This document shows, piece by piece, positions 10,436 through 19,931 of a DNA stretch of 64,000 nt (position 1 is its first letter; each line of letters opens with the position of its first letter). The notes beneath the pieces are model-generated. The model did not search any database. It was not told the DNA's origin and saw only the letters and a list, made by a program, of their open reading frames with translations. Origin of the DNA: an uncultured Lachnospiraceae bacterium (lineage in GTDB: Bacteria; Bacillota; Clostridia; Oscillospirales; CAG-272); contig CAZMAF010000002.1 in assembly GCA_964564225.1 (NCBI GenBank), positions 2,199 to 66,198 on the forward strand. The letters are read 5' to 3'. Position numbers and translations under genes: made by a program.

Positions 10436-10456
10436 AATAAAGGAGCATAGATAAAT

Positions 10457-11551
10457 ATGAAACTTGGTATCGTTGGTTTACCTAACGTAGGCAAAAGTAC
10501 GCTTTTTAATGCGTTGACAAATGCGGGAGCGGCATCGGAAAATTATCCCTTTTGTACAATTGAGCCGAACGTCGGTGTGGTTACCGTGCCTGACAGCCGC
10601 CTTGATTATCTTTCCGATATGTATCATCCTGAAAAGTACACACCTGCTATTATTGAATTTGTAGATATTGCAGGTCTTGTCAAGGGGGCATCGAAGGGTG
10701 AGGGTCTTGGTAATAAGTTTTTGGGCCATATCCGCGCGGTAGATGCGATCGTTCACGTCGTCCGTTGCTTTGCTAATGAAAATATTATTCATGTTGACGG
10801 TGACGTTAATCCTATTCGTGACATTGAAACGATTAATCTGGAGCTGGTGTTTGCCGATCTTGAGGTGCTGGAGCGCCGTATTGATCGCACCAAAAAGCTG
10901 ATGAAGGGCGATAAGACTTTAGCAGCCGAGCTTGCAACTCTCGAAAAAATCCAATCGACCTTGATGGACGGTAAGAGTGTCCGCTCGATTACGCCCGCAT
11001 CTTCAGATGAGGCGGCGTTTATTCATTCGCTTGAGCTTCTTACCGATAAACCCGTGCTTTACGCTGCTAACATCAGCGAAGGCGACGTTGCTTCCCCCGA
11101 AGACAATCCCTATTATGCTGAGTTGAAGTTGTTTGCCGAAAGCGAGCATGCAGGTATTATTCCGGTTTGCGCACAGATCGAGGCGGAAATCGCCGAGCTT
11201 GACGTTGAAGAAAAGAAGGAATTTCTTGCCGATCTCGGTATTGCGGAGGGCGGTCTCGACCGATTGATCCGCGAAAGCTATGCACTTCTTGGATTGATCA
11301 GTTATCTTACGGCAGGCCCTAAGGAAGTTCGTGCATGGACGATCGTAAAGGGCACGAAAGCGCCTCAGGCGGCGGGTAAAATCCACAGCGATTTTGAGCG
11401 TGGCTTTATTCGTGCGGAGGTGGTTTCGTTTGACGATCTGGTTGCAAACGGTTCGATGACGGCGGCAAAGGAAAAAGGTCTTGTTCGCTCTGAGGGTAAG
11501 GAATACGTGATTGCTGACGGTGACATTGTTCTGTTTCGTTTTAACGTCTGA
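10457..11551 (+). CDS. ychF: Redox-regulated ATPase YchF (Obg-family)
   Basis: [19 protein letters not shown]-loop and a TGS-like C-terminus (...[11 protein letters not shown]). Confidence 0.95.
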   Translation: MKLGIVGLPNVGKSTLFNALTNAGAASENYPFCTIEPNVGVVTVPDSRLDYLSDMYHPEKYTPAIIEFVDIAGLVKGASKGEGLGNKFLGHIRAVDAIVHVVRCFANENIIHVDGDVNPIRDIETINLELVFADLEVLERRIDRTKKLMKGDKTLAAELATLEKIQSTLMDGKSVRSITPASSDEAAFIHSLELLTDKPVLYAANISEGDVASPEDNPYYAELKLFAESEHAGIIPVCAQIEAEIAELDVEEKKEFLADLGIAEGGLDRLIRESYALLGLISYLTAGPKEVRAWTIVKGTKAPQAAGKIHSDFERGFIRAEVVSFDDLVANGSMTAAKEKGLVRSEGKEYVIADGDIVLFRFNV

Positions 11552-13044
11552 TGAAGAAACGAAAACTTTTTTTTCATAGTGTTTTTTCGCGCTTTTCCTT
11601 TGCCATAATCTCTATTCTGTTTGTGTCGTTTGTCATACTGACGATTGTAAACAGCGTGGCAATTAATTATTATTATACCGATCTTCGTAATGACGAGCTT
11701 GCGTATGTTTCGCTTTCGGCAAAAGAAGAAATAGAGGATAGCTACCGCAGGTTTAAGTGGCAACATTCTGAGGGTTCATTTTGGGATTCAGAAGGTGAAG
11801 CGCTTGCGGGGGCACTTTCCGAATTGACCGATGACAGCGCGATATTTATTATCCTTACCGATGGGAATGGTAGTATTCTCTACAAAGATCCGTCTGTAAG
11901 CGAGCTTCCTACCCGAACGGTTGCCCCCGAATTTTTATCTTTTGATGAGTCTGATACGGCGTGTGAAAGAGGGCGACTTGGCTTTTTGAATGCTGAACAT
12001 TATTATTGCGCTACTCACGTTTACGTTTCCGATGAGTACGTTTCGACGATGTTTGTTTGTTTGTCTGTGTCGGTTGTTAAACAGCCTGTAAATGCGATTA
12101 TTGCGTTGATTATCGGTGTTTCGGTCACGGTTATGGGAATTGCGCTTTTGATTTCTTACGTTGTCAGTCGCCGGATCACCCATCCGCTTGCCGGAATGTC
12201 AGAAGCTGCCAAAGCTTTTGCCGGCGGTGATTTTTCGGTGCGTGTTCCGGTCGTTGGTCAAGATGAGATCAGTGAATTTGCCATGGTTTTCAATGAGATG
12301 GCGGATAATCTTGAAAACATTGAGAGAACACGTAATGATTTCATTGCCAACGTGTCGCATGATCTGCGTTCGCCGATGACCTCCATTCACGGTTTTATTG
12401 ACGGTATGCTGAACGGTGTGATTCCGCTCGAGAAGCACGAGTATTATCTGGGCGTGGTATTAAAGGAAACAAAGCGCTTGTCAAGACTCGTTACGACACT
12501 TCTTGATATTTCACGTATTCAGGCAGGGGAAAGAAAGTTTGTGATGAGCCATTTCGATATCTGTGAAACGGCTCGGCAGATTTTATTCTCTTTTGAAAGC
12601 CGTATTAATGAGAAAAATCTCGATGTGCAGTTTGAGCTTGATGAGGAGCATATGTACGTGCTGGCGGATCATGATGCGATCTATCAGGTGCTTTACAATC
12701 TTTCTGACAATGCTGTGAAATTTTCGCGTGATGGCGGTAAGCTTGTTTTGTCGGTGACAGAGCAGAGTGATAAGATTCTGGTGTCGGTATATAACGAGGG
12801 CGAGGGTATTTCGGAAGAAGATTTGAAATTCGTATTTGACCGTTTTTATAAAGTGGATAAGAGTCGCGGAATTGATAAAAGCGGAACGGGACTCGGGCTT
12901 TATATTACAAAAAAGATTATGGAAGCTCATAAGGAAACGATTACCGTTACAAGTGAGTATCAGCGTTTTTGTCGGTTTTCTTTTACGCTTGCTATGGGTG
13001 AAGCTACGGCGCGCCGTCACACATTGGGACAATTACGCAAATAA
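11551..13044 (+). CDS. Sensor histidine kinase (2 TM, HAMP, HisKA, HATPase_c)
   Basis: H-box FIANVSHDLRSPMTSI, N-box DNAVKF and G-box GTGLGLYI. The start ATG shares its A with the ychF TGA stop. Confidence 0.9.
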   Translation: MKKRKLFFHSVFSRFSFAIISILFVSFVILTIVNSVAINYYYTDLRNDELAYVSLSAKEEIEDSYRRFKWQHSEGSFWDSEGEALAGALSELTDDSAIFIILTDGNGSILYKDPSVSELPTRTVAPEFLSFDESDTACERGRLGFLNAEHYYCATHVYVSDEYVSTMFVCLSVSVVKQPVNAIIALIIGVSVTVMGIALLISYVVSRRITHPLAGMSEAAKAFAGGDFSVRVPVVGQDEISEFAMVFNEMADNLENIERTRNDFIANVSHDLRSPMTSIHGFIDGMLNGVIPLEKHEYYLGVVLKETKRLSRLVTTLLDISRIQAGERKFVMSHFDICETARQILFSFESRINEKNLDVQFELDEEHMYVLADHDAIYQVLYNLSDNAVKFSRDGGKLVLSVTEQSDKILVSVYNEGEGISEEDLKFVFDRFYKVDKSRGIDKSGTGLGLYITKKIMEAHKETITVTSEYQRFCRFSFTLAMGEATARRHTLGQLRK

Positions 13045-13197
13045 TTAAAATGATATTCAAGCATTCGTTTTTTGGTCGGTGAAACGCTTATTCAAAAAAT
13101 TAAATGATTTTGAAATAGGGATATTTTAAAAATGCTTTAATATACACAATACGAAAAAGATATAAAAAAGAAAGACGGGGAATAAGAAAATTTCATC

Positions 13198-13428
13198 ATG
13201 AAGAAAGAAATTATTTATAAGTTCTTATATGCCGTGTCTGCTTTCTTGGTTTTGGGCTTTGTTATACGCTTTGGAGTGGATGCTTACAAGTATGATATTT
13301 ATATGGGTTCCGCGCCGCTATACGCATATGCGCTTGTAAGATTTGCAGAGTTTATCGTACCGAGCGTTATTGTTTGGATTGTTGCAATATTTCTTAAGAA
13401 AAAATGTAAGAAAAAAAGTCACCGCTGA
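13198..13428 (+). CDS. Small two-TM membrane protein, function unknown
   Basis: 76-aa ORF with two hydrophobic helices and a basic KKKCKKKSHR tail. No family recognised. Confidence 0.45.
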   Translation: MKKEIIYKFLYAVSAFLVLGFVIRFGVDAYKYDIYMGSAPLYAYALVRFAEFIVPSVIVWIVAIFLKKKCKKKSHR

Positions 13429-13559
13429 GAAGAATGTCCGTGAATGAAAAAAGTTTTATCATTATCTTTCGGGCGACGAGGTTATATATCTTAGCGGTGA
13501 GGAATAAAACGAGCAAGGGGCTTGTTGACGACGGTACTTGGATCGGAAAGGCAAAGATT

Positions 13560-14999
13560 ATGAAAACATATGTTGTTTTACTGTTGACTGTATGTATGGT
13601 GTTCGTATGTCTTACTTCTTGCGGTAATTCTTATGAAGAAAATGAGTGGTATTCCGAGGATACGCTTGAAGAGTGTATTGTTCCCGATCTGCCGGAGCCT
13701 TCTAAAACGTATTTAAAAAAAGGTGCGAGTGTATTCGTCAGCTTTTCCGATACGGAATATACGGCGTACGTCGGTGAGGTCTATGAGTATCTGAAAAGTT
13801 TGAATTTCAAGTATTTCGGCACGCGAGGGGAAATGTTCAATACGCTTGCCGGGATAGGTACGACCTATTATTTCAAGCCCGCAAATGCGCTTTCTGAATT
13901 TCACGTGGACGGTACGTATTACTTCGTTTTTTCGGACGGATGGAACGAGGATGGGAAACTTAGCTTTTATACGCTTGCGATTTACGAGTATCAATCCGGA
14001 CTTTTACAGTACGGTTCACACGAGTTCTATTTTAACACAAAGATTGTGCTTCGCAAGGGCGGCGCAGCGCCGCTTGACGGTGGATATCTTCTGAAATTCA
14101 ATCCGATCACGTATGCAGATGATCTTGTTGAGCTTTTATGTGAGGGCTACGCACCAAGTGAGGCGGCGGTGGGCGAGAGGGTTTTTATCAGAACGCATCC
14201 GATTCTTGACACAGATTTTAATTTGTATGCAAATGATGTTAAGATTGAGCAGATACACGCCGGTTCGGATTATTGGGAATATACTTTTGTTATGCCCGAT
14301 GAAAGAGTTATTATTACACATAAAACGGTAGGTGATAGTCAGATTTTACCCGAGCCGGATATGACGTATCTTTTCTGTTATGAGGAATGGTTGTCATCAC
14401 TTTCTACCGACGCTATTTCGGAAATCAAGACCGTGCAGAGAAATCCGAGTGTTTACCTTGAGCATTTTTATAAATACATTTACCGTACTATCGACCGTGA
14501 CGTGATTGCCGATGTGTTACAGCGATATCAGAATATGATGCTTGAACCGATTCACGTGGACAGCGTGCCTTTGGAAGGCGGCGGTCTTCTTTCGGTTGAG
14601 TTTGTACTGACTGACGGCAGTACGCATACCGTTGATTTTGAGGCTGGTTGTTATAAGCAAAACGAAAATGTTTACTACGAGGTTTCGGAAAATCTCTCGT
14701 TTGATCGGTTCGAGCGTTTGTTGGGTCTTAACGTATGGGCAGAGACGCATACCGCCTATACGAAGGACGGCACGGCTATTGCCGAGCTTACGGAGCTTTC
14801 CGCTCTCGAATTTGATTATTACGGATGGAACGAGAGTTATACGCGAGATATGTATACGCATTATATTGAAACTGAAATCGGTCGGCTGTATATCGTGAGT
14901 GAAACTGTCTTTTTCTTCGTGACCTTTGACGAGTGGATTGCTCCTGAATGCTACGAGCTTAAAAACGGTAATTTCTACGGGTTGTTCGATATTCGTTAA
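13560..14999 (+). CDS. Lipoprotein of unknown function (479 aa)
   Basis: Start trimmed to ATG 13560 (GGAAAGG RBS). Signal peptide MKTYVVLLLTVCMVFVCLTSC has the lipobox LTS|C. No domain recognised. Confidence 0.6.
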   Translation: MKTYVVLLLTVCMVFVCLTSCGNSYEENEWYSEDTLEECIVPDLPEPSKTYLKKGASVFVSFSDTEYTAYVGEVYEYLKSLNFKYFGTRGEMFNTLAGIGTTYYFKPANALSEFHVDGTYYFVFSDGWNEDGKLSFYTLAIYEYQSGLLQYGSHEFYFNTKIVLRKGGAAPLDGGYLLKFNPITYADDLVELLCEGYAPSEAAVGERVFIRTHPILDTDFNLYANDVKIEQIHAGSDYWEYTFVMPDERVIITHKTVGDSQILPEPDMTYLFCYEEWLSSLSTDAISEIKTVQRNPSVYLEHFYKYIYRTIDRDVIADVLQRYQNMMLEPIHVDSVPLEGGGLLSVEFVLTDGSTHTVDFEAGCYKQNENVYYEVSENLSFDRFERLLGLNVWAETHTAYTKDGTAIAELTELSALEFDYYGWNESYTRDMYTHYIETEIGRLYIVSETVFFFVTFDEWIAPECYELKNGNFYGLFDIR

Positions 15000-15016
15000 C
15001 TTATATATTGACAAAA

Positions 15017-15047
15017 TAAAACGCCCTTTTCAAAGGGCGTTTTATTT
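15017..15047. terminator. Bidirectional terminator
   Basis: AAAACGCCC-TTTTCAAA-GGGCGTTTT flanked by A and T runs, between convergent genes. Confidence 0.8.
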
Positions 15048-15056
15048 TGTATTTGT

Positions 15057-15989
15057 TTATTGATTATCAGGTTTCATAATTTCGCTGAGCGAGGTAGCGA
15101 GACCGGCAAGCGACTGAATATTTGAGGGAATGATAATCTTGGTTGCTTGACCGTCTGCCGCTTTGGCAAAGGCTTCAAGGCTCTTGATGGCGATAACTGC
15201 CTCGGAGGGAGCGACTTCGTTGATCATGCGGATACCGGCGGCGGTTGCCTCCTGTACCTTCATAATGGCTTCTGCTTCGCCTTCAGCCTCGCGGATCATC
15301 GTTTCTCTTGCGGCTTCAGCGCGAAGAATAGCGGACTGTTTTTCAGCCTCGGCTTCAAGGATCATCGACTGCTTGCGGCCTTCTGCTACGAGGATTGCGG
15401 AATTCTTTTCGCCTTCTGCGCGGAGAATAGACTCACGTCTTTCGCGTTCTGCCTTCATCTGTTTTTCCATCGCATCCTGAATTTCTCTTGGGGGAATGAT
15501 GTTTTTCAGTTCAACGCGGTTAACCTTGATGCCCCATGCATCGGTAGCTTCGTCAAGAATGGCGCGCATTTTCGAGTTGATGACGTCGCGCGAGGTTAAG
15601 GTAGCATCGAGATCCAGCTCGCCGATGATGTTACGGAGCGTGGTAGCGGTCAGGTTTTCAATTGCGAAAATGGGGTTGGTAACGCCGTAAGCGTAGAGCT
15701 TGGCATCGGTTATCTGGTAAAATACAACGGTGTCGATCTGCATACGGACGTTGTCCTTGGTGATAACGGGTTGGGGCGGGAAATCAACGACTTGCTCCAT
15801 AACGATCAATTGCTTGGCGATGCGGTCGATGAAGGGAATTTTGACATGAACGCCGTTTTTCCAGGTTTCGTGATACGTACCGAGACGTTCAATGACGTAT
15901 GCGTGTGCTTGCGGAACAATACGGATGTTGGCGATGATCAAGCCGAAAATAACGGCAACGACTGCGCCGATAATAAGTGCGGGTATCAT
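15057..15989 (-). CDS. SPFH/Band-7 (stomatin/prohibitin-like) membrane protein
   Basis: N-terminal TM, an SPFH core (VPQAHAYVIERLGTY...) and a coiled-coil AEAEKQSAILRAEA region. Confidence 0.85.
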   Translation of the reverse strand: MIPALIIGAVVAVIFGLIIANIRIVPQAHAYVIERLGTYHETWKNGVHVKIPFIDRIAKQLIVMEQVVDFPPQPVITKDNVRMQIDTVVFYQITDAKLYAYGVTNPIFAIENLTATTLRNIIGELDLDATLTSRDVINSKMRAILDEATDAWGIKVNRVELKNIIPPREIQDAMEKQMKAERERRESILRAEGEKNSAILVAEGRKQSMILEAEAEKQSAILRAEAARETMIREAEGEAEAIMKVQEATAAGIRMINEVAPSEAVIAIKSLEAFAKAADGQATKIIIPSNIQSLAGLATSLSEIMKPDNQ

Positions 15990-16015
15990 AATAAATCCTC
16001 CAAAATTAATATAGT

Positions 16016-16450
16016 TTAAAGCTCACAAACGAGCTTAACGCCCTCAATAGCGGTGACGGTGACGAGCGTGTCGATTTCGACAGTCTCGGTGTCGGTTTTC
16101 ATTTTGGCAGACCAGATCTGTCCTTTGATTTTAACCTGTCCTTCTGCTTTGACATTGTCGATCGGTACGATGACGATGGCTTTTTCGCCGATCAAGGCGT
16201 CGACATTGGTGAGAGATTCGGGATTTTTGCGGATTTTCTTTTTAAGAATTGCGCGGAAAAGAAACATAAACAGAACGGTTGTCAGTGCGAAGACGAGAAT
16301 CTGAATCCAGAAATCGACTTTACAAATGGCAAGAATGAGCGAGGCGATCGAGGCAGGCATAAACCAGATTGATACAAGCTCAGCGGTCATAGCCTCCACG
16401 ATAATGGCGGCAATGGCAATCACACCCCATAAAATGATGTAGTAGGTCAT
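16016..16450 (-). CDS. NfeD-family membrane protein (partner of SPFH)
   Basis: Three or four TM segments plus a C-terminal OB-fold-like region (GEKAIVIVPIDNVKAEGQVKIKGQIWSAK), directly upstream of the SPFH gene. Confidence 0.8.
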   Translation of the reverse strand: MTYYIILWGVIAIAAIIVEAMTAELVSIWFMPASIASLILAICKVDFWIQILVFALTTVLFMFLFRAILKKKIRKNPESLTNVDALIGEKAIVIVPIDNVKAEGQVKIKGQIWSAKMKTDTETVEIDTLVTVTAIEGVKLVCEL

Positions 16451-16493
16451 ATGGATAAAATCCTTTCTTCAGGATATATGAATGTCGGTTTTG

Positions 16494-17150
16494 TTATGCT
16501 TGTGCGGCAGAACGAATTTCGTTGATGGCTTTTTGATAATCGGTTGCTCCGAAAACGGCAGAGCCTGCAACCAGAATTTCAACGCCTGCATCGGCTATGT
16601 CCTTGGCGTTTGATGCGTTGATGCCTCCGTCTGCTTCTAGAAGAATGTTTCTGCCCGATTTTTCAATCAGAGTTCTGGCGTAACGAGCGTTTTCAAGTGC
16701 TGAGACAATGAGCGACTGACCGCCAAAACCGGGCTCAACCGTCATAATGAGGATCATATCGACAAGATCGAGATAGTCTTCAAGAATTTTGGGATCGGTG
16801 TGGGGCTTGATGGCGAGTGCCGCATTTGTGCCAAGTTTTTTGATGTGGGTCAGTGTTTCTCTGACCTTTTCTGTTGCCTCAACGTGAAAAGAAATACAGT
16901 CAGCCCCCGCTTTGACGAAATCGTCGATATAGCGGATTGGTTCGTCGATCATCAAATGAACGTCAAATATGATATTGGACGATTTACGAATGGCGGAAAT
17001 GATGGGCGCACCGAAGGTGATATTGGGCACAAATTTTCCGTCCATTACGTCGAGATGCAGAAAATCTGCGCCTGCTTTAGTGATTGCCTTGATTTCGGCA
17101 TCAAGGTTTGCAAAATCGGCAGAGAGTAGGGAGGGAGCAATTTTGATCAT
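16494..17150 (-). CDS. rpe: Ribulose-phosphate 3-epimerase
   Basis: IAPSLLSADFANL...LHLDVMDGKFVPNITFG...MTVEPGFGGQ. Confidence 0.93.
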   Translation of the reverse strand: MIKIAPSLLSADFANLDAEIKAITKAGADFLHLDVMDGKFVPNITFGAPIISAIRKSSNIIFDVHLMIDEPIRYIDDFVKAGADCISFHVEATEKVRETLTHIKKLGTNAALAIKPHTDPKILEDYLDLVDMILIMTVEPGFGGQSLIVSALENARYARTLIEKSGRNILLEADGGINASNAKDIADAGVEILVAGSAVFGATDYQKAINEIRSAAQA

Positions 17151-17313
17151 AATAAATCCTCGTCAGGTAAACGGTGTTGATTTGGCACGCATTGAACGGT
17201 TTTTCCATACAATGCTAAAGGCGTACCGATATGCGATACACGCTCTGTAAGGAAGTCAGTAAAATGCCTTGTGCGGATTTATGAATATGCATCGCAGAAT
17301 GCGTGTATGGCTT

Positions 17314-17799
17314 TTAGTTGCTATGACAGAGAAGCGCTACGGCGTGGGCGGCGATTCCTTCGCCACGCCCGGTAAAACCAAGGCGTTCCTCTGTTGTAGC
17401 TTTGACATTGATGTAGTCAACGGGGATTTGCAGCGTGCTTGCGATATTCTCACGCATGGTTGTAATATACGGCGCGAGCTTAGGATGCTGTGCGATGACA
17501 GTTGCATCAATATTACCGACTGTATAACCGAGAGCCGATAACCTGTCAGCGGTATCTTTCAGTAACAAAAGACTGTTGATACCGAGAAAACGCTCGTCAT
17601 TGTCGGGATAGAGCTTTCCAATATCGCCGAGTGCTGCCGCGCCGAGAAGCGCATCGGTAATGGCATGCAAAAGAACGTCAGCATCCGAATGACCGTCTAG
17701 CCCTTTTTCGTAGGGAATTGAAACGCCGCCAAGTATGAGCGCGCGGTTTTCGATAAGACGGTGTACATCGTAGCCGTGGCCGATTCGGAAGGGGATCAT
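17314..17799 (-). CDS. ispF: 2-C-methyl-D-erythritol 2,4-cyclodiphosphate synthase
   Basis: [10 protein letters not shown] and [19 protein letters not shown]. Start trimmed to ATG 17799, which overlaps the ispD stop (ATGA). Confidence 0.92.
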   Translation of the reverse strand: MIPFRIGHGYDVHRLIENRALILGGVSIPYEKGLDGHSDADVLLHAITDALLGAAALGDIGKLYPDNDERFLGINSLLLLKDTADRLSALGYTVGNIDATVIAQHPKLAPYITTMRENIASTLQIPVDYINVKATTEERLGFTGRGEGIAAHAVALLCHSN

Positions 17800-18569
17800 A
17801 CCGTTTCCTCGCTTTCGTCTCGGTTTTTCATAATGGCTTCTGCCATAATGAGATCGGATTGGGTCGTAATCTTGATGTTTCCGCTTGTGCAATCTACAAG
17901 TTTGACGGGATAGGCGTAATGTTCAAGCAAAGAGGCATCGTCGGTGACGGTGAATTTTTCTTTGAGCGCAGAGTATGCGCACGCCTCAAGCAGAGGTTTA
18001 TAAAAGCCTTGCGGTGTTGCGGCGAGATATACGAAGGAGCGATCCTCCGTGCGCGAGATAAAGCCGTCTTGGTTGGCAATTTTGACGGTGTCGCGCGATA
18101 CGCTTGCGGCGCAGGCGGCACGGTAGTGTCTGGCGGCTTTTGCCACGTCCTGCACGTTTTTCGGTGTAACAAGCGGTCTTGCGCCGTCGTGAATGAGTAC
18201 GTAGTCGATGTCGCGGTCAGTTGCGTTCAGTCCTGCCAGTGAAGATTCCTGACGCGTTGCACCTCCGACCACGGCGTTTTTGAATTTTGTAATACCGTAT
18301 TCTTTTGCCATGACTTCATAACGCACGGCCTCGTCTTCTCGGCAAACGATGATAATTTCTTTGACGCAAGCCGTTTTTTCAAAGGCGAGCATACTGTGCG
18401 CGATGATGGGTTTTCCCAAAAGCGGTAAAAATTGCTTGGGAATATCGCCACCGAAACGAAGTGATGAACCTCCTGCCAGGATGACGGCAGATACGGCGTT
18501 CTTCATTGTAAAAAAAGTACGGACGTTTTTGAAAAAAGACTTTTTGGTTTTATTTTTTTTGGCTTTCAT
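17796..18569 (-). CDS. ispD: 2-C-methyl-D-erythritol 4-phosphate cytidylyltransferase
   Basis: [18 protein letters not shown]. The start is uncertain: 18569 gives a Lys-rich 21-aa extension, and ATG 18506 is the alternative. Confidence 0.85.
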   Translation of the reverse strand: MKAKKNKTKKSFFKNVRTFFTMKNAVSAVILAGGSSLRFGGDIPKQFLPLLGKPIIAHSMLAFEKTACVKEIIIVCREDEAVRYEVMAKEYGITKFKNAVVGGATRQESSLAGLNATDRDIDYVLIHDGARPLVTPKNVQDVAKAARHYRAACAASVSRDTVKIANQDGFISRTEDRSFVYLAATPQGFYKPLLEACAYSALKEKFTVTDDASLLEHYAYPVKLVDCTSGNIKITTQSDLIMAEAIMKNRDESEETV

Positions 18570-18571
18570 TT

Positions 18572-19867
18572 TTAAAACTCTATTTTGATGGATTGATCGC
18601 TTGTGATGAGCGAGGAGGAAAAGAAGACCTCGCAGGCCTTTTCAAGAGAAGCGACGTCTTTTGTGCCTGCTGTTTCGCAAGCGGAATGCATAGCGAGCTG
18701 GGCAAGACCGATGTCCACAGTTTTGATCGAGACTTTTGTCGTTGCGATAGAACCGAGCGTGCTGCCGCCTGCCATGTCTGAGCGGTTGGCGTATATCTGA
18801 ACGGGTACGTCTGCTTTTTGACAGATTTTTGTGAAGAGTGCCGCTGAAATGCCGTCGGTGGTGTATTTTTGCGAGGCGTTATATTTGATCACGATGCCTT
18901 TGTTCATATAGGGCGCGTTCTGCGCATCCGCTAATTCGGGATGATTGGGATGACGTGCGTGAGCATTATCGGCGGATAACATCATGGAGTTTGCAAGCAG
19001 TGTTGACGGATTGGTGATTTCAAGCGATTTTGCAATGCGCGCAATGACTGACTGTAAAAAGTCGGATGCCGCGCCTTGTTTCGTCTGACTTCCCGTTTCT
19101 TCGTTATCGAAGACAGCGTAAAGCGCGACGGCTTTTTTTGCTTTGGCTTTTAAAAATCCTTCGAGCGTTGCGTATGCACATTCGAGGTTGTCGATACGGG
19201 GTGCTAAGAAAAAGCTACCGTCTGAACCGACAAGGCAGGATTTTTGGCGTGCATAGAGAAAGAGATCGTGACCGATGATTCTTTCTTTGGGACAGTTTGC
19301 GGTTTCGGCAAGCAGATCAACGAGCCGTTCGCTGTTTGAAAGTGAAGACATCAGAGGAAGAGTATCGCTTGCGGGATTGTATTTATAGCCGTCGTTTACC
19401 GTGCGGTTCATGTGGATTGCCACGTTGGGGATCACCAGAAGGTCGCGATCAATATTGATAAGTTTGATTTCGATTCCGTCGTTGTTTTCGATAACGACAC
19501 GGCCTGCGATCGAAAGGGGGCGGTCAAACCATGAGGGAATGATCATACCGCCGTAGCGTTCGGTGTTCAACTTGAGATATTGACCGACTGCCTCAAGTTC
19601 GCCATTCGGTTTGATTTTGAAGGTGGGTGAATCGCTATGCGAGGCGGCGATCATAAAGCCGACGGGTATGGTATTCGGAATTTGAAACGCGATCAAGGAC
19701 GAGTTGTTTCGCGTAAAGTAATACTTACCGCCTGCTATGATGGGGGCGGATTCTGTCTCTGAAAGCTTAGTGAATCCGTTTTCCTGTAAGCGAGTTTCGA
19801 TCGTGTCGATCGCATGAAAAGCGGTGGGACTGTTATCGATAAAGGAAAAAAGATTTTGAATTGTCAT
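18572..19867 (-). CDS. M18-family aminopeptidase
   Basis: N-terminus FIDNSPTAFHA and overall length and architecture match M18 aspartyl-aminopeptidase-like enzymes. Confidence 0.75.
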   Translation of the reverse strand: MTIQNLFSFIDNSPTAFHAIDTIETRLQENGFTKLSETESAPIIAGGKYYFTRNNSSLIAFQIPNTIPVGFMIAASHSDSPTFKIKPNGELEAVGQYLKLNTERYGGMIIPSWFDRPLSIAGRVVIENNDGIEIKLINIDRDLLVIPNVAIHMNRTVNDGYKYNPASDTLPLMSSLSNSERLVDLLAETANCPKERIIGHDLFLYARQKSCLVGSDGSFFLAPRIDNLECAYATLEGFLKAKAKKAVALYAVFDNEETGSQTKQGAASDFLQSVIARIAKSLEITNPSTLLANSMMLSADNAHARHPNHPELADAQNAPYMNKGIVIKYNASQKYTTDGISAALFTKICQKADVPVQIYANRSDMAGGSTLGSIATTKVSIKTVDIGLAQLAMHSACETAGTKDVASLEKACEVFFSSSLITSDQSIKIEF

Positions 19868-19893
19868 AACGGAATACTCCTGAAAGATGAATT

Positions 19894-19926
19894 AAAAAGC
19901 AGCCTTCGATCAGAAGGCTGCTTTTT
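19894..19926 (-). terminator. Terminator after the acidic zinc-ribbon gene
   Basis: AAAAAGCAGCCTTC-GATCA-GAAGGCTGCTTTTT, a perfect 14-bp stem. Confidence 0.8.
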
Positions 19927-19931
19927 GTGTT

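Noticed and set aside
10017-10448. 143-aa minus-strand ORF covering the hairpin, the second orphan promoter and the integrase stub
   Set aside because: It has no RBS, starts opposite the ychF RBS region, and its product has no recognisable motif. It runs antisense to the better-supported integrase fragment and promoter elements. It is probably a chance ORF in AT-rich DNA.
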